A program made the position numbers and the translations under genes. A DNA stretch of 64,000 bases from Octopus vulgaris (lineage: Eukaryota), in contig OX597821.1 in NCBI GenBank assembly GCA_951406725.2, positions 46,562,001-46,626,000 of the forward strand. Reading direction: 5' to 3'. The notes under the pieces were generated by a model. It did no database searches. It was not told where the DNA came from and saw only the letters and a list, made by a program, of their open reading frames with translations. This document shows, in pieces, positions 41,282-53,370 of this stretch (its first letter is position 1; every line of letters starts with the position of its first letter).

Positions 41282-42062
41282 AGTAAGAATAATAAAAAGT
41301 AACAACAAAAGAATGAGACCTCGATATTAGAGAAATAGAGGATTATTTATATGTTATAATTTAGAACAAACAATAAAAGGTTGTCATTATAGAACTCGAA
41401 GATTCAAATTTCGTAGCGAAGAGTTACCATACATTTTCGTCGGCTATTAATGGCAACAAACGCTATGGAAAACCCTTGAATAAAACGCAGGAAGCTTTAT
41501 GTCTATTTATTGTAAGAATATAGTAACGTTATTCATTTTTTTCCTCCTATTAGAGTTACTTCCCTTTCATTCAACGGCTTTTAATGGCATTTGTTGCCAT
41601 TAATAGCCGCCGACGTGAATGTATCTTAGCTCTTCGCTACGGCATTTGGAACTCCAAGTACTATATTGACAACCATTTACTGTTTGTTCTCTCGTCTGGT
41701 CTAACGACCCTCCATGTTTGTTTTCATTCGGTTTCCTTGTATGTCTCCACTGTCCTGTTTTGTTACCAACTTTGACCCTCCGCAAATCCCAAATTATATT
41801 TTGGTTCGTGGGAGCAACTGAATTCGAAGTCTTAGATTGTTCTTCAATACTCGAAATGAGGAGTAGATGGACAACCGACAACTGATGAAGGGTCGTAATG
41901 TATGTTACTTGTCTTGTTTTCCATTTGTTTCTCGCGTTTTATGCGTACCAAACTTTGTTTCCTTGTTTCATGTTGTTTACATGTTGTGACGTCCTGTACC
42001 CATATATGCATATATATATATATATATATATGTGTATGTATGTACATATGTGTATGTATATA

Positions 42063-42132
<70 letters not shown>

Positions 42133-42169
42133 CATACACACATTATATACATACATACATACATATCTG

Positions 42170-43015
42170 TTTGAAGCGTTCGTGCTTCAAAGCTTCGTTC
42201 AAAAATGACATGAAGTATTCAGCGTTGATGATGCGACCCTTTGGCAAGTATTTTATGAGGGGTACTCCGTCTTTGTTCCAGAACACTGTAGTCAGAATTT
42301 TTCCTGATGACTTATGTGTCCGAAACTTCTTGGGACGCGTCGAATCGCTGAGGAGTCGCGCCATTCATTGCTGCCTGGTCTGCGGATCATGAGGATGAAG
42401 GCAAGTTTCATTCATGGTGACTAAATAAGCCATAAAATCAGCCTCTCCCGCTGCAAACCGGTCCCAAATCGGCTTTGATATCACTCTGATGCGCTTGTGA
42501 TCTGCGGTCAGGCCATTTCGGCCCCCATTTTGCGCAAAGTTTTCTTATGTCCAGAATGTTGTGGATGATATGGCTAACTCTCTCACGGGGAATCCCCAGA
42601 GTCTCAGCTGTTACTTTAGCTGAAATCCGGCGGTTCCAGTGAATCATGACGTGCATAGCGTCGGCTTTGTCGTCTGTGGTCGCGGAAGTTGACAGTCATG
42701 ATCGGGGCTCATCTATTACCTCGAAATTAGATGGGCATCCATCCTTCAAGACTTTCTTCATCTCGTCATGGATTTCCACCTCTCCTTTGCTTTGCAAAAA
42801 GAGAAACTTCATGACTGCCGATGCTTCAATTTTACCAAAATCCCCTGTATGAGCTGCTGTTATGCGTTAAATCTGCAAAGATATAAAAACATATTGTAGA
42901 CTATGATGATTTCTTGCAGATCTTCTCCTAAATAGCTGTTCTGCCTCCCCTGTAAAGGTAACAGATCTACCTTTTCACGATTCCCTTAAAGCCAGGAACA
43001 TTTCAGCACCCAGTA
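42170..43015 (-). mobile_element. mariner (DD34D-type) transposon remnant, 5' part
   Basis: Minus strand gives RRISAKVTAETLGIPRERVSHIIHNILDIRKLCAKWGP (HTH and WVP-like) and [12 protein letters not shown]...[24 protein letters not shown]...[13 protein letters not shown]-like GGGTGCTGAAATGTTCCTGGCT lies near 43010. Confidence 0.9.
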
Positions 43016-43035
43016 GTGTGTGTTTGTGTGCGTGC

Positions 43036-43097
<62 letters not shown>

Positions 43098-43425
43098 GGC
43101 TCAGTATTTTGAACGTCGGGTTATAATTGTGAAATTGTGAGTTCCATCCCTGGATCAAGCAGTGTCATGTTTTCTTGACCAAAAAATTATGTTTCACGTT
43201 GCTTTATCCTGCTCAGTTGTAGAATGAGTTGCAACATTACTGGTGCCAAACTGTATCGGCCTTTGCCTTTTCTTTGGGGTAACACCGGTGGAAAGTGGAG
43301 TCTGGTATGCATGGCCGATTTCAGTTCTTCCACAAACAATCTTACCCGGACTTGTGTTTCGGAGGGGAACTTTCTACGTTCAATCCCTTGGTCATTCATG
43401 ACCAAAAGGTATATTTATCCTTTAC
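43098..43425 (+). mobile_element. Degenerate tRNA-derived SINE (family E), head and CORE-like part related to 53112-53370
   Basis: GGCTCAGT...GAGTTCCATCCCTGGA head and TTCTTGACCAAAA...TTTCACGTTGCT motif shared with family D; different 3' half. Confidence 0.6.
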
Positions 43426-43433
43426 TCATATAC

Positions 43434-43464
<31 letters not shown>

Positions 43465-43510
43465 TGTATGTATGTATGTATGTATGTATGTATGTATGTA
43501 CGTATGTTTA

Positions 43511-43894
43511 TCTCTCTCTATATAAACGGCAGTTTGTCTGTGCGTGTTTCTGTGTGTCTGTTTGCTTGTACCCTCACCCTGACCACGGCTTTCAACCGAT
43601 TCTGATGAAACTTGACACACACATAGCCCAATGTCATAATTCAAAACTAACGCAGCGAAAATTTTCAAAAGTTCCCCCAGTTCTGAAAAAATCGATAAAT
43701 TCGACATGGGGTCGAGAATCAGAAACACGAACCACAAACTGTCTAGGGGACGCAACTCCACCTTTTTTAAATCTCAAAAAAAAATTTACCATAATTTTTT
43801 TCCATTTTTTTGCTATTTTTTGGCTATCACTCTCTAAAAATGCTTTATAGTTATTTCCCTTACAAACCTGAGCAACGCCGGGCGATACTGCTAG
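43511..43894 (+). mobile_element. Helitron-like non-autonomous element
   Basis: Starts A|TC, ends CTAG|T, with sub-terminal hairpin CCTGAGCAACGCCGGG about 12 nt before the end; no TSD. Confidence 0.75.
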
Positions 43895-44679
43895 TACATA
43901 TATAAAAAGGTTTTTACAATAATTTCGCTTTTATTGATACAAAAATTTATACTCCACAATGATTTCGTTTTAATTGATTTCTTTACATATTAACGAACTG
44001 TGAAATTACTATTTCCCCCACTTTATTTCGTTTTGGCAATTAAATTTTTAAACAGCAGTAAATCACAAGGGGTTTGTAAGAACAGTTGTAAGTTTGGGAT
44101 ATAATTTTGAGGGACTGTTAGAACTTAGATTGTGCATATTTTTTTTCTTTTTAGGGGATAAGTAAGGAACTATATTGCAATTAAAGTTTACATTACTATA
44201 AAGGTTCTTATTTTCTTCGAAATAAATCTAATTTAGTTATTTTGTGAAGCAAATTGATTGAAGTCGATTATATTCAATAACGTAAAACATGAGTTGATTG
44301 CTACTAAGTTACTAATAAGAGGAGTTCAAGACCTAGTTTTCGACGGGCGTAAGGAGATATTTCAAAAATATTTAGCAAAGGATGCTCAACAAGAATCCAT
44401 CAAGAGTGCAGCGTCTCATTTTTTCAGCTAAACATTTGGACTGCGATGGAAAATAGTCGATAACTTGGAGAAAAACGTGCCGAATATGAATTTTAACTGA
44501 GGCGTCATAACGATAACTTCACCCCGCGTCCATATAATGAGCAGGAATGCGTGTGTGTGTGTGTTTAGGGGGTCCGAACTAAATCTAACATTTTGTGTAA
44601 AAGAAAAACAAGACAGAACATCTCATCCAAAAATATATTTAAAAAAGATCAAAAACTATTTTAATGGTTGAGAGTTAAC

Positions 44680-45245
44680 AGTTTATTCAAATGTGCCGCC
44701 CTCATGCTTTCACCACGGCTTCATGACAGCTGCGGAATCTGACGCATACGTTCCTCCTTCTGTCCCAGGAAAGATCTTCCAACACCTCCTTTATCTTAGC
44801 TACCAGTTCGGCCTTGGTGTTGCCAGCGGATTAGTTGGTAACTTTTCCAAGCGTGTTCCACACGCAGCAATCCTTGGGAATTACAATCAGGGAAAATTCT
44901 CCGACAACCACTTCAGACTATTTGCAGTGGTATGGCAAGGAGCCGAATACGGTTTCTACCTCATGGACTTCCAGCAGCAACCCTGTCTAACCAAGGATTG
45001 AGCACAGTCTCCAGCAATTTCCCATAACCATCTGAATTGAGCCTAAGGCTCAGCTCATCAGTTGTCGGATGAAGTCCGGCGTACGGATGCAGTCAAGACG
45101 CTTGGTGTACCCCTTCTTGCTGGTTACGACTTCGTGGTGTTCATCACAGCTGTCCAAGGCCCGTCTTACAGCCTTTATAGTGTTCACAGAGCAATGAGCA
45201 GCAATTCTGATGTCGGCATTTTAAGACTCAGCAAGAAGTAGTATG
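44680..45245 (-). mobile_element. Internally deleted Tc1/mariner-superfamily transposase remnant
   Basis: Minus-strand PDCN...CVWNTL motif and C-terminal CVRFRSCHEAVVKA-EGGTFE*. Confidence 0.65.
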
Positions 45246-45249
45246 TTAC

Positions 45250-46085
45250 ATATTTTCCACTAAGAAATTATGCATTTCATTGATATGCTTAGCAAGTAGG
45301 CATTTGAATTTTGTAGCAGGAATGATAATGGATTTAATGAGAAAAATGAGCAGAATTTCAGAAAGACTATCTCCTTGGAATATTCCCTTTGAAATAATCA
45401 TAACATTGGAGACGCTCATTCTACTCGTAGTTCTAAGTGTAAGAATTGTTGTCCAAGGTTTTTTTTGAGTCACTCAATGGTAGCAATTGAGGCAGTAGAT
45501 ACTTTTGCTATATGTAAACACTTCGGCAGCCATGAGTGGGGAATAGAGTTAAATGCTTTTCAGTCCTACCGTTGCAAGGTACATTCACACGTGCCCTCGT
45601 TTCCACCAGCCTGCTCATCAGTCACTATGTTATTCAGCTCACAATGATCTTGGAGAAATTAATTGATGTAATTTGTGTAAAGTTTTTGCATAATGTTTAG
45701 GCGATCAATGAGCCTATAGTTTTCTGCCAACTCGGTGGATTCATTCTTGGCTACAAGATTCCGTGCTGTAGCAAGCCAATCTGACCTTCCGTTGTGCTTC
45801 TGAATATATATATTAAGGGTTTCCTGTAAAATATCGGGCTTTTGTAGCAGTATTTAACTATTAGGTCCCTTCCAAACGCCTTCTCGTTATGCAGTTTGCC
45901 TACAGCCGTAGTAAAAGTCTCCGGATCAGTTGCTTATGTTTTACTGTTGATGCTGGTTCAGCATTCTCTCCTTGCTGCATTTAGCCACGATGCATTAAGG
46001 TTGAAATCTCTCGTTTAGTTGCAGATTTTCTACCAGAATGATTCAAGATCTTGAGATGGGACTTTCTTAACGGTAATATTTTCCT
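45250..46085 (-). pseudogene. R4/Dong-like LINE reverse transcriptase remnant
   Basis: Motifs YRLIDRLNIM, KAFNSIPHSWL and KGIFQGDSLS in correct order with frameshifts. Confidence 0.8.
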
Positions 46086-46964
46086 TCCTCGTCTCACTTC
46101 CAAAACATAGGATACACATATTATAGTATCTTTTACAGCATTCTTCTAAGAGAGAGACACTGATGTAAATCCTGCGGTTTCAAGTGATTACTAGTCATCT
46201 CCATTTGGCTTGTCACTACATACTAATCACGAGACTCAGACAGTAGTATTTGTGTTGTGCAAACTTTATCACGATAATGCAATTATGTACAAACGTCACT
46301 TTATGGTAACTTCATTTATCATTCCATCTACTGAAAGTCCTATGGCGATAGAAGAGTGGTGACGTGTGCAGATCTAAGCAGATGGAAACGCGCAGTAAGT
46401 TACAACGTTCGTCTGTCACTGTGCTTCAAAATATCCACGCCTGCAACAGAAGTCAACAGTTAAAGAGAGGTCTTGGATGGAAAGTCAGAAATGATATTGA
46501 CCACTAGGAAGCACAAGAGACGGCAATCGTCAGAAAAGATGGACTATGTATGTATGTATTTATGTATAGATGGATGGATGGATGGATGGATAGATGGATG
46601 GATGGATGGATGGATAGATGGATGGACCAGTGGCTGGGTAGATCGATCGATGGATGCAGGTATGTAAAATATGCCATATGCATTATTTTCCCCTTTTCTC
46701 AGGAGCGATATCGGTAGAATTTCAAAGCTCAGCTGTATATGTGTACACAGATTTTAATAATCCGATCTCATGTTTATATTGGGAGTATCATCACAAATTT
46801 AGCAACGTGAAAAGTCCAAAGATTATGAAGTGTAATCTAACTTTAAAAAAGTTAAAATAGTGGTATTGGCTATATGGCAGTGTGGTGCTTGTATAAGAAA
46901 TATTGAATGCGGGTGGGCGCAGATATCCATATACATAGATACATACATATATGAATACGTGCAT

Positions 46965-47035
<71 letters not shown>

Positions 47036-47036
<1 letters not shown>

Positions 47037-47364
47037 AGTGAATTGAAGAAATGGAGTTGAACGAAGATTGAACAGAAATCGTTTTATTGCATTCTACACG
47101 TGTTTCGAAAGGCACAATTTACCAAATTCCGATTGAATAAGGAGACCATATTGTGTCTTTCTCTTCAGGAAGAACTAGGAAATCCGTTGGAAAAAACAAA
47201 AACAGAACAGAGGCGGATCAGACAGAACGTAACAGCAGACGAAAAACCTCTAAGCATTTCACCCCACGTGCTAGTGTTTCTGCCAGCTTGCTGCCTTTAC
47301 AGTTTCTGTCACACCAAATCCACTCTCATGTCTTTTGTTGGCTTACAACTGGTAGGGACTCAAC

Positions 47365-47366
<2 letters not shown>
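47036..47366 (-). mobile_element. Penelope-like terminal repeat (pLTR) or retrozyme-like unit inserted in (TA)n
   Basis: About 330-bp unique island flanked on both sides by (TA)n; contains a minimal type I hammerhead followed by AATAAA. Confidence 0.7.
47092..47171 (-). ncRNA. Minimal type I hammerhead ribozyme with intact catalytic core
   Basis: Minus strand: TTC-CTGAAGA-GAAAGACACAAT-(31 nt)-ATTGTGCCTTTC-GAAA-CACGTG-TA-GAA. Stem II pairs 11 of 12, stem III is the palindrome ACACGTGT, and the GUA cleavage triplet ends at 47095. Confidence 0.8.
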
Positions 47367-47431
<65 letters not shown>

Positions 47432-47763
47432 TGTATATGTGTGTGTGTGTATTCATATGTGTGTGTGTATGCATATGTGTGTGTGTATGAATATGCACAA
47501 CAAACATTTATACATAAACATACAATATATAAATTTGTATGTATATGTGTGTGCGTGCGTGCGTGTATGTACGTATATGTAGCTAAAAAGGACTGAGATA
47601 GAGAGAAAAGGAGAGAAGGGAGCGGCGGAGCAGAGGTGGGGACTTATAAATAGTTTGGATGAAGTGCTTAACAAAGAAGGATGAAGAGAGAGTTGTATCA
47701 AATAGTTTTAATTTTACTTAAGAGTAAAAATCTGCTTTAAAATTTTATATATACACACATTAA

Positions 47764-48285
47764 CATTCATACATACATACATACATACATACACCCATCC
47801 ATCCATCCATCCATCCATCCATCCATCCATCCATCCATACATACATACATACACCCATCCATCCATCCATCCATCCATCCATTCATCCATCCATCCATAC
47901 ATACATACATACATTCATACATACATACATACATATATACACACACCCATCCATCCATCCATCCATCCATCCAACCATCCATACTTACATACATACATAC
48001 ACCCATCCATCCATCCATCCATCCATCCATCCATTCATCCATCCATCCATACATACATACATACATTCATACATACATACATACATATATACACACATCC
48101 ATCCATCCATCCATCCATCCATCCATCCAACCATCCATACTTACATACATACATACACCCATCCATCCATCCATCCATCCATCCATCCATCCATTCATCC
48201 ATCCATCCATCCATCCATCCATCCATCCATCCATCCATAAATACATACATACATACATACATACATACATACATACATACATACG
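47764..48285. repeat. Compound (CATA)n/(CATC)n microsatellite with higher-order block duplication
   Basis: Alternating blocks; the variant pattern CCAACCATCCATACTTACATAC occurs twice about 155 bp apart. Confidence 0.92.
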
Positions 48286-48561
48286 TACGTGGACCATGCA
48301 CTCTCAAACACGCACACAGACACGCATATACCAGCCTGTTTTTAAAATTCTTATAAAGTTCTAAGACAAAATATCCAAGAAGATAAACTCACTGACAGAA
48401 TGCAGCACAATATGTGTTCAGCATATTTCCAGGAAGCACATAAGGATGACATACTGTGAAATGGTACTGGAAGCATGAAGAAATGACTCTTGGTATCTTG
48501 GTTTTCTTGCTCTTGTCTGGTGTATCTTAGTTTTCTTGCTCTTGTATCTTAGTTTTCTTGC

Positions 48562-48946
48562 GTGGAGGCACAATGGCCCAGTGGTTAGGGCAGCGGACTC
48601 GCGGTCATAGGATCGCGGTTTCGATTCCCAGACCGGGCGTTGTGAGTGTTTATTGAGCGAAAACACCTAAAGCTCCACGAAGCTCTGGCAGGGGATGGTG
48701 GTGATCCCTGCTGTATTCTTTCAACACAACTTTCTCTCACTCTTACTTCCTGTTTCTGTTGTACCTTGTATTTCAAAGGGCCGGCCTTGTCACTCTCTGT
48801 ATCACGCTGAATATCCCCGAGAACTACGTTAAGGGTACACGTGTCTGTGGAGTGCTCAGCCACTTACACGTTAATTTCACGAGCAGGCTGTTCCGTTGAT
48901 TCGGATTAACCGGAACCCTCGTCGTCGTAACCGACGGAGTGCTTCC
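48562..48946 (+). mobile_element. SINE family C, full length with TSD
   Basis: Near-identical to the other copies; TSD AGTTTTCTTGC at 48551-48561 and 48947-48957. Confidence 0.93.
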
Positions 48947-49206
48947 AGTTTTCTTGCACTTGTCCAAAAAGTAGATTGGAGTGCCTTAACAACATTGTGC
49001 TCTGAGTAATGATGCTTCATATCTCATTTTTCTAAACTACGCAAAGTCTCATTCTCTATCTAGATAAGTGAGCTTTATAATTTTGTTAGAGTCTGCTTGC
49101 TTATTATTTAATTTAATTTTTTTCTTTTTGGTTTCGAGTTTTTACTTGCTATGTGGAAAAGGAAAATAAATCTCCATATGGTGGACTTGAAACATGGTTC
49201 AATGTT

Positions 49207-49384
49207 GTTCTATATTTAAGAGATGGGAAATTATGTACATTATTTACATTATTTACAATTGACGGATCTTTGTCATCGTCTTGTTGTCAACACAACGTCT
49301 CGGCTGATATACCCTCCAGCCTTCATTAAGTATCTTGGAGAAATTTTTGAACCTGGGTTCTCATTCCTTAGGTATTTTTCGATG

Positions 49385-49462
<78 letters not shown>

Positions 49463-49540
49463 TTATTGCCTGGAATCGAACTCGGAATTTTGGGGTTAGT
49501 AGCCTGCGCTCTTAACCACTACGCCATATATCTGTGAGCA
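49207..49540 (-). mobile_element. tRNA-headed SINE (family G) with internal (AAT)n and hammerhead-bearing tail; inverted partial copy at 49686-49820 (+)
   Basis: A box TGGCGTAGTGG, anticodon-like loop CTACTAA and B box GAGTTCGATTCC, then (AAT)n. The tail contains GATAC-TTAATGA-A-GGCTG-GAGGGTATAT-CAGCC-GAGA-CGTT-GTGTT. Confidence 0.8.
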
Positions 49541-49543
49541 TCA

Positions 49544-49668
<125 letters not shown>

Positions 49669-50156
49669 GAAGAAGTAGAATTACAACAACATTAAAAAAA
49701 ATTCCTTAGGAATGAGAACCCAGGTTCGAAATTTCCCCAAGACACCTGATGAAAGCTGGAGGGTTAACAACAAACAAAATGAGAAATTCCCATCAATTGT
49801 AAATAATGTAAATAATGTATGGGTCAATGTTATCCGAAAGTTTTGCCAGTCTGTACATCAAACTGAACTTAAATTCCCAACACAAAGAAGAGAATTAGTG
49901 AATAAATGTATTTCATCTTCACAGCCTTTTTTTTTTTTCATTCGTAATCAGCCGTCGATTTCTCTAGACTTCTTTGTCAAACACAAAAGCAACGACCACT
50001 TGGGAAAACTACTTTTTGAATGGTTAAAAACGTATTTACCTACACGCGCGCGTACACACATGCACGTACTCACATGCACGTACGCACACACACACACACA
50101 CACATTTCCATATACATAATATAGAATTGTATGAAATAGACATACATATTTGTGAA

Positions 50157-50200
<44 letters not shown>

Positions 50201-50206
50201 AATGTG

Positions 50207-50288
<82 letters not shown>

Positions 50289-50290
<2 letters not shown>

Positions 50291-50702
50291 CGCAGGAGTG
50301 GCTGTGTGGTGAGTAGCTTGCTAACCAACCACATGGTTCCAGGTTCAGTCCCACTGCGTGGCATCTTGGGCAAGTGTCTTCTGCTATAGCCCCGGGCCGA
50401 CCAATGCTTTGTGAGTGGATTTGGTAGACGGAAACTGAAAGAAGTCTGTCGTATATATATATATATGTGTGTGTGTATATGTTTGTGTGTCTGTGTTTGT
50501 CCCCCTATCATTGCTTGATAACTGATGCTGGTGTGTTTACGTCCCCGTCACTTAGCGGTTCGGCAAAAGGAGACCGATAGAATAAGTACTGGGCTTACAA
50601 AAGAATAAGTCCCGGGGTCGATTTGCTCGACTCAAGGCGGTGCTCCAGCATGGCCGCAGTCAAATGACTGAAACAAGTAAAAGAGTAAAAGAGTAAAGAG
50701 TA
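50289..50702 (+). mobile_element. SINE family B, full length, inserted in (TA)n
   Basis: A-box-like TGGCTGTGTGG, B-box-like GGTTCAGTCCC, CORE-like CTTGGGCAAGT and tail GGCGGTGCTCCAGCATGGCC...AGTAAAAG repeats; (TA)n on both sides. Confidence 0.92.
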
Positions 50703-51800
50703 TATATATATATATATATATAATCATAAGATACAGTAAAGTGTGACACAACCAAAAATCGAGTTCAGTCGTGGGTTCCACACTCCACTGCAGTTCCCAG
50801 TGTAGCACGGCGTGGAAGCATCAACCTACAAATAGACTACTGTTTGAAATACGAGCCAAGTAAAAAAAAAATAACAATAATAAGCATAAAAAAGGTGTAG
50901 TATTCAAAGCTTTCGTGGACGTAAGCCTTTTTTCTGCAAAATGACGAAATAATTACATAACAATCGTAGAAGCATAAAATCATGTACTCAACCTCATCAG
51001 TACCCCATAATAAATACGATATTCGATTTTGAAGCTCCCCGTTATGCAAATAATCAACAACCTGGTATGCCACATAAAACAGCGGGCACAGACTAAGATG
51101 AAATCAAAGTAGCCTGAATAATGTCACGCTTCTCTGAAGACCTAAGAAAGAGAAAGGAAGGGCAAAGGTAGAGAGAGGGGCAACGAGAGAGAGAGAAAGA
51201 GAGAGAGAGAGAAAGAGACAAATAGGGAAAAGCGAGATAGAGAGAGGGAGAGAAAGAGAAAAGTGTTAGAGAAGAGAAACTTATAAAACCATAAAAAAAC
51301 TGTAAAAGGGGACAGAACGTGGACCAAACTGACAGCAGGTCAGCTCGTGTCATAAACTAGCTTTTTCCCTTTTTTTGTATGGTTTTATAAGCTACTGTTG
51401 CAGCTCCTCCTCTTCCTCCTCCTCCTCCACCGCCTCTTCCTTCTTTAAGACAGAGATAGAAAAGGAGAGAGAGAGAAAGAGAGAGAAAGATGGTATTGTT
51501 CGAACTTCACTGACATAATACTTTGTGTCCCGTTATTTTATGTCACCAGCGAGGTTATAGATATTTGCATAACGAGGAAAAATTGTAGATATTTGGAGCA
51601 TTCTCATCGCTTGTTGTCTTTATTGCGGGACACTGATGAGGCTAAGTGAACGATTGCATTATACTTCTGCCAGTGTTATGTAATTATTTCGGCATTTTAA
51701 GTAAACGCGTGTCATTTAAAGTGTCAAATATCGCGCCTGTTTTCTGCTTGTTATTATTTCTACACAGACACACAGACACAGACACAGACACACACACACA

Positions 51801-51863
<63 letters not shown>

Positions 51864-51993
51864 TAATATGTATATGCATACACATATACATACGTTAATT
51901 TTTACTGGTCACCTATTTGGTAGCAACATTATGAAAGAATGCATCTTGATTTGTTCACCCTCTTTCAAATGCTTTTATTGTCCCAAATCGTGT

Positions 51994-52069
<76 letters not shown>

Positions 52070-53111
52070 AATTATAATAAGTGTGTTGAATTATTACAAG
52101 ATGAGTTTTCTAGAAATAGACCCCCAAAAGCTCTGTGAACCACTTAGATTGTTATCAAATGGACTGCGAGGATTTATAAATTATGAGTAAGCATATGGTT
52201 GAAATAAGCGCTTGGATTTTAAATCATGAATACCTGCGAAATGCCTGTACATTATTTGCGCTTATGACGGTATGTATAATGTATTTTTCATTTATTTACG
52301 TTCGTTATGTCACCACTGAAAATTCCTTAACATCTTTAATTATAAGTTACAATTGTTTCCGTGCTATCTCTGCAAAAATTCTAAATAAAAGATCACGTGT
52401 TATTTACGGTTTTAGACTTTAGAGATGCACTTCATCAGATTTGCATCGAAGCTGTGTTGTGACTTGGTGCGTCCTTCAGACCTTGTCGTTAGGAATATAT
52501 CGGGAGGAAATTCCTTAAGACGTGTTAAAGAATTTTTTGTCCTCTTTTTTACATTGTACGCACGCACGCACACACAGACAGACACAAAGACACACACACA
52601 CATTCATAAATTTAATTTTGTAATTTTGTTATGTTCTTTTTGCTCTGTTTAAAGTTACCACTCATTACCAATCTTTTTTGCTATCTCCCCATAATTCTCT
52701 TGTACGCCATAATGAAAAAAAATATTTCCGAAATATTAAGATTTTCATTTCCAACTTCTCAGGCGTCAAACATATCCTTGATGTGCTCTTTCTGTCTCAT
52801 TTATTGACCGCAATATATATCGATGTGCGTGTCAGTCTACGCACTGGAATTAACAAAGATCAAAGTAACGATTTGTACATCATTAGTAACACATCCATGT
52901 ACACATAAACGTGGAACAGCGATCACTGTGGGAGTTGCCTGCTTTCTTCGCCTTCAGTGTGTTTCTGACTTATTGTTTCGTTCTGTGTCCTTTTCAATCG
53001 TCTTCAGGTGGTCGAATCTAATTTTTCATTGATTCATTAACTAGATGTTCTGTTTTGCCATCCATCTATTATCCTAAGCCGTATTTTAACATTAGATTCC
53101 GGCATTTAATT

Positions 53112-53370
53112 CCTCGTGGAGGCGCGTGGCTTAGTGGTTAGGTTGTCAGCATCATGATCTTAAGATTGTGGTTTCGATTCCTGGACCGAGCAACGCGTTA
53201 TGTTCTTGAGCAAAGCACTTCATTTCACGTTGCTCCAGTCTACTCTCCTGGCAAAAATGAGTAACGCTGTGATGGACTGGCGTCCCGTCCAACTGGGGAA
53301 CACATACGCAATAGAAACCGGGAAACTGGGCCCATGAGCCTGGCTAGGCTTTAAAAGGGCGCATTTAATT
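53112..53370 (+). mobile_element. tRNA-derived SINE family D
   Basis: A box TGGCTTAGTGG, B box GGTTTCGATTCC, CORE-like GTTCTTGAGCAAAGCACTT and central GATGGACTGGCGTCCCGTCCA. Possible TSD GCATTTAATT (53102-53111 and 53361-53370), followed by (TTA)n. Confidence 0.85.

Noticed and set aside
41810-41900. Possible decayed hammerhead in a repeat-like island (CTGA...CTCGAAA, CTGATGA)
   Set aside because: Stems cannot be formed in this copy; a family consensus would be needed.
42304-42330. CTGATGA...CGAAAC hammerhead-like match
   Set aside because: No valid stem II or stem I; it is the antisense of mariner coding sequence ([10 protein letters not shown]). Similar partial matches near 45030-45061, 51633, 52975-53007 and 58125 also lack stems.
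46097-46145. MCILCFG (and CNICNK at about 55880, HKKRIKLL at about 54450) as RING-finger exons
   Set aside because: No continuation of the C3HC4 pattern, and wrong phase or upstream stops.
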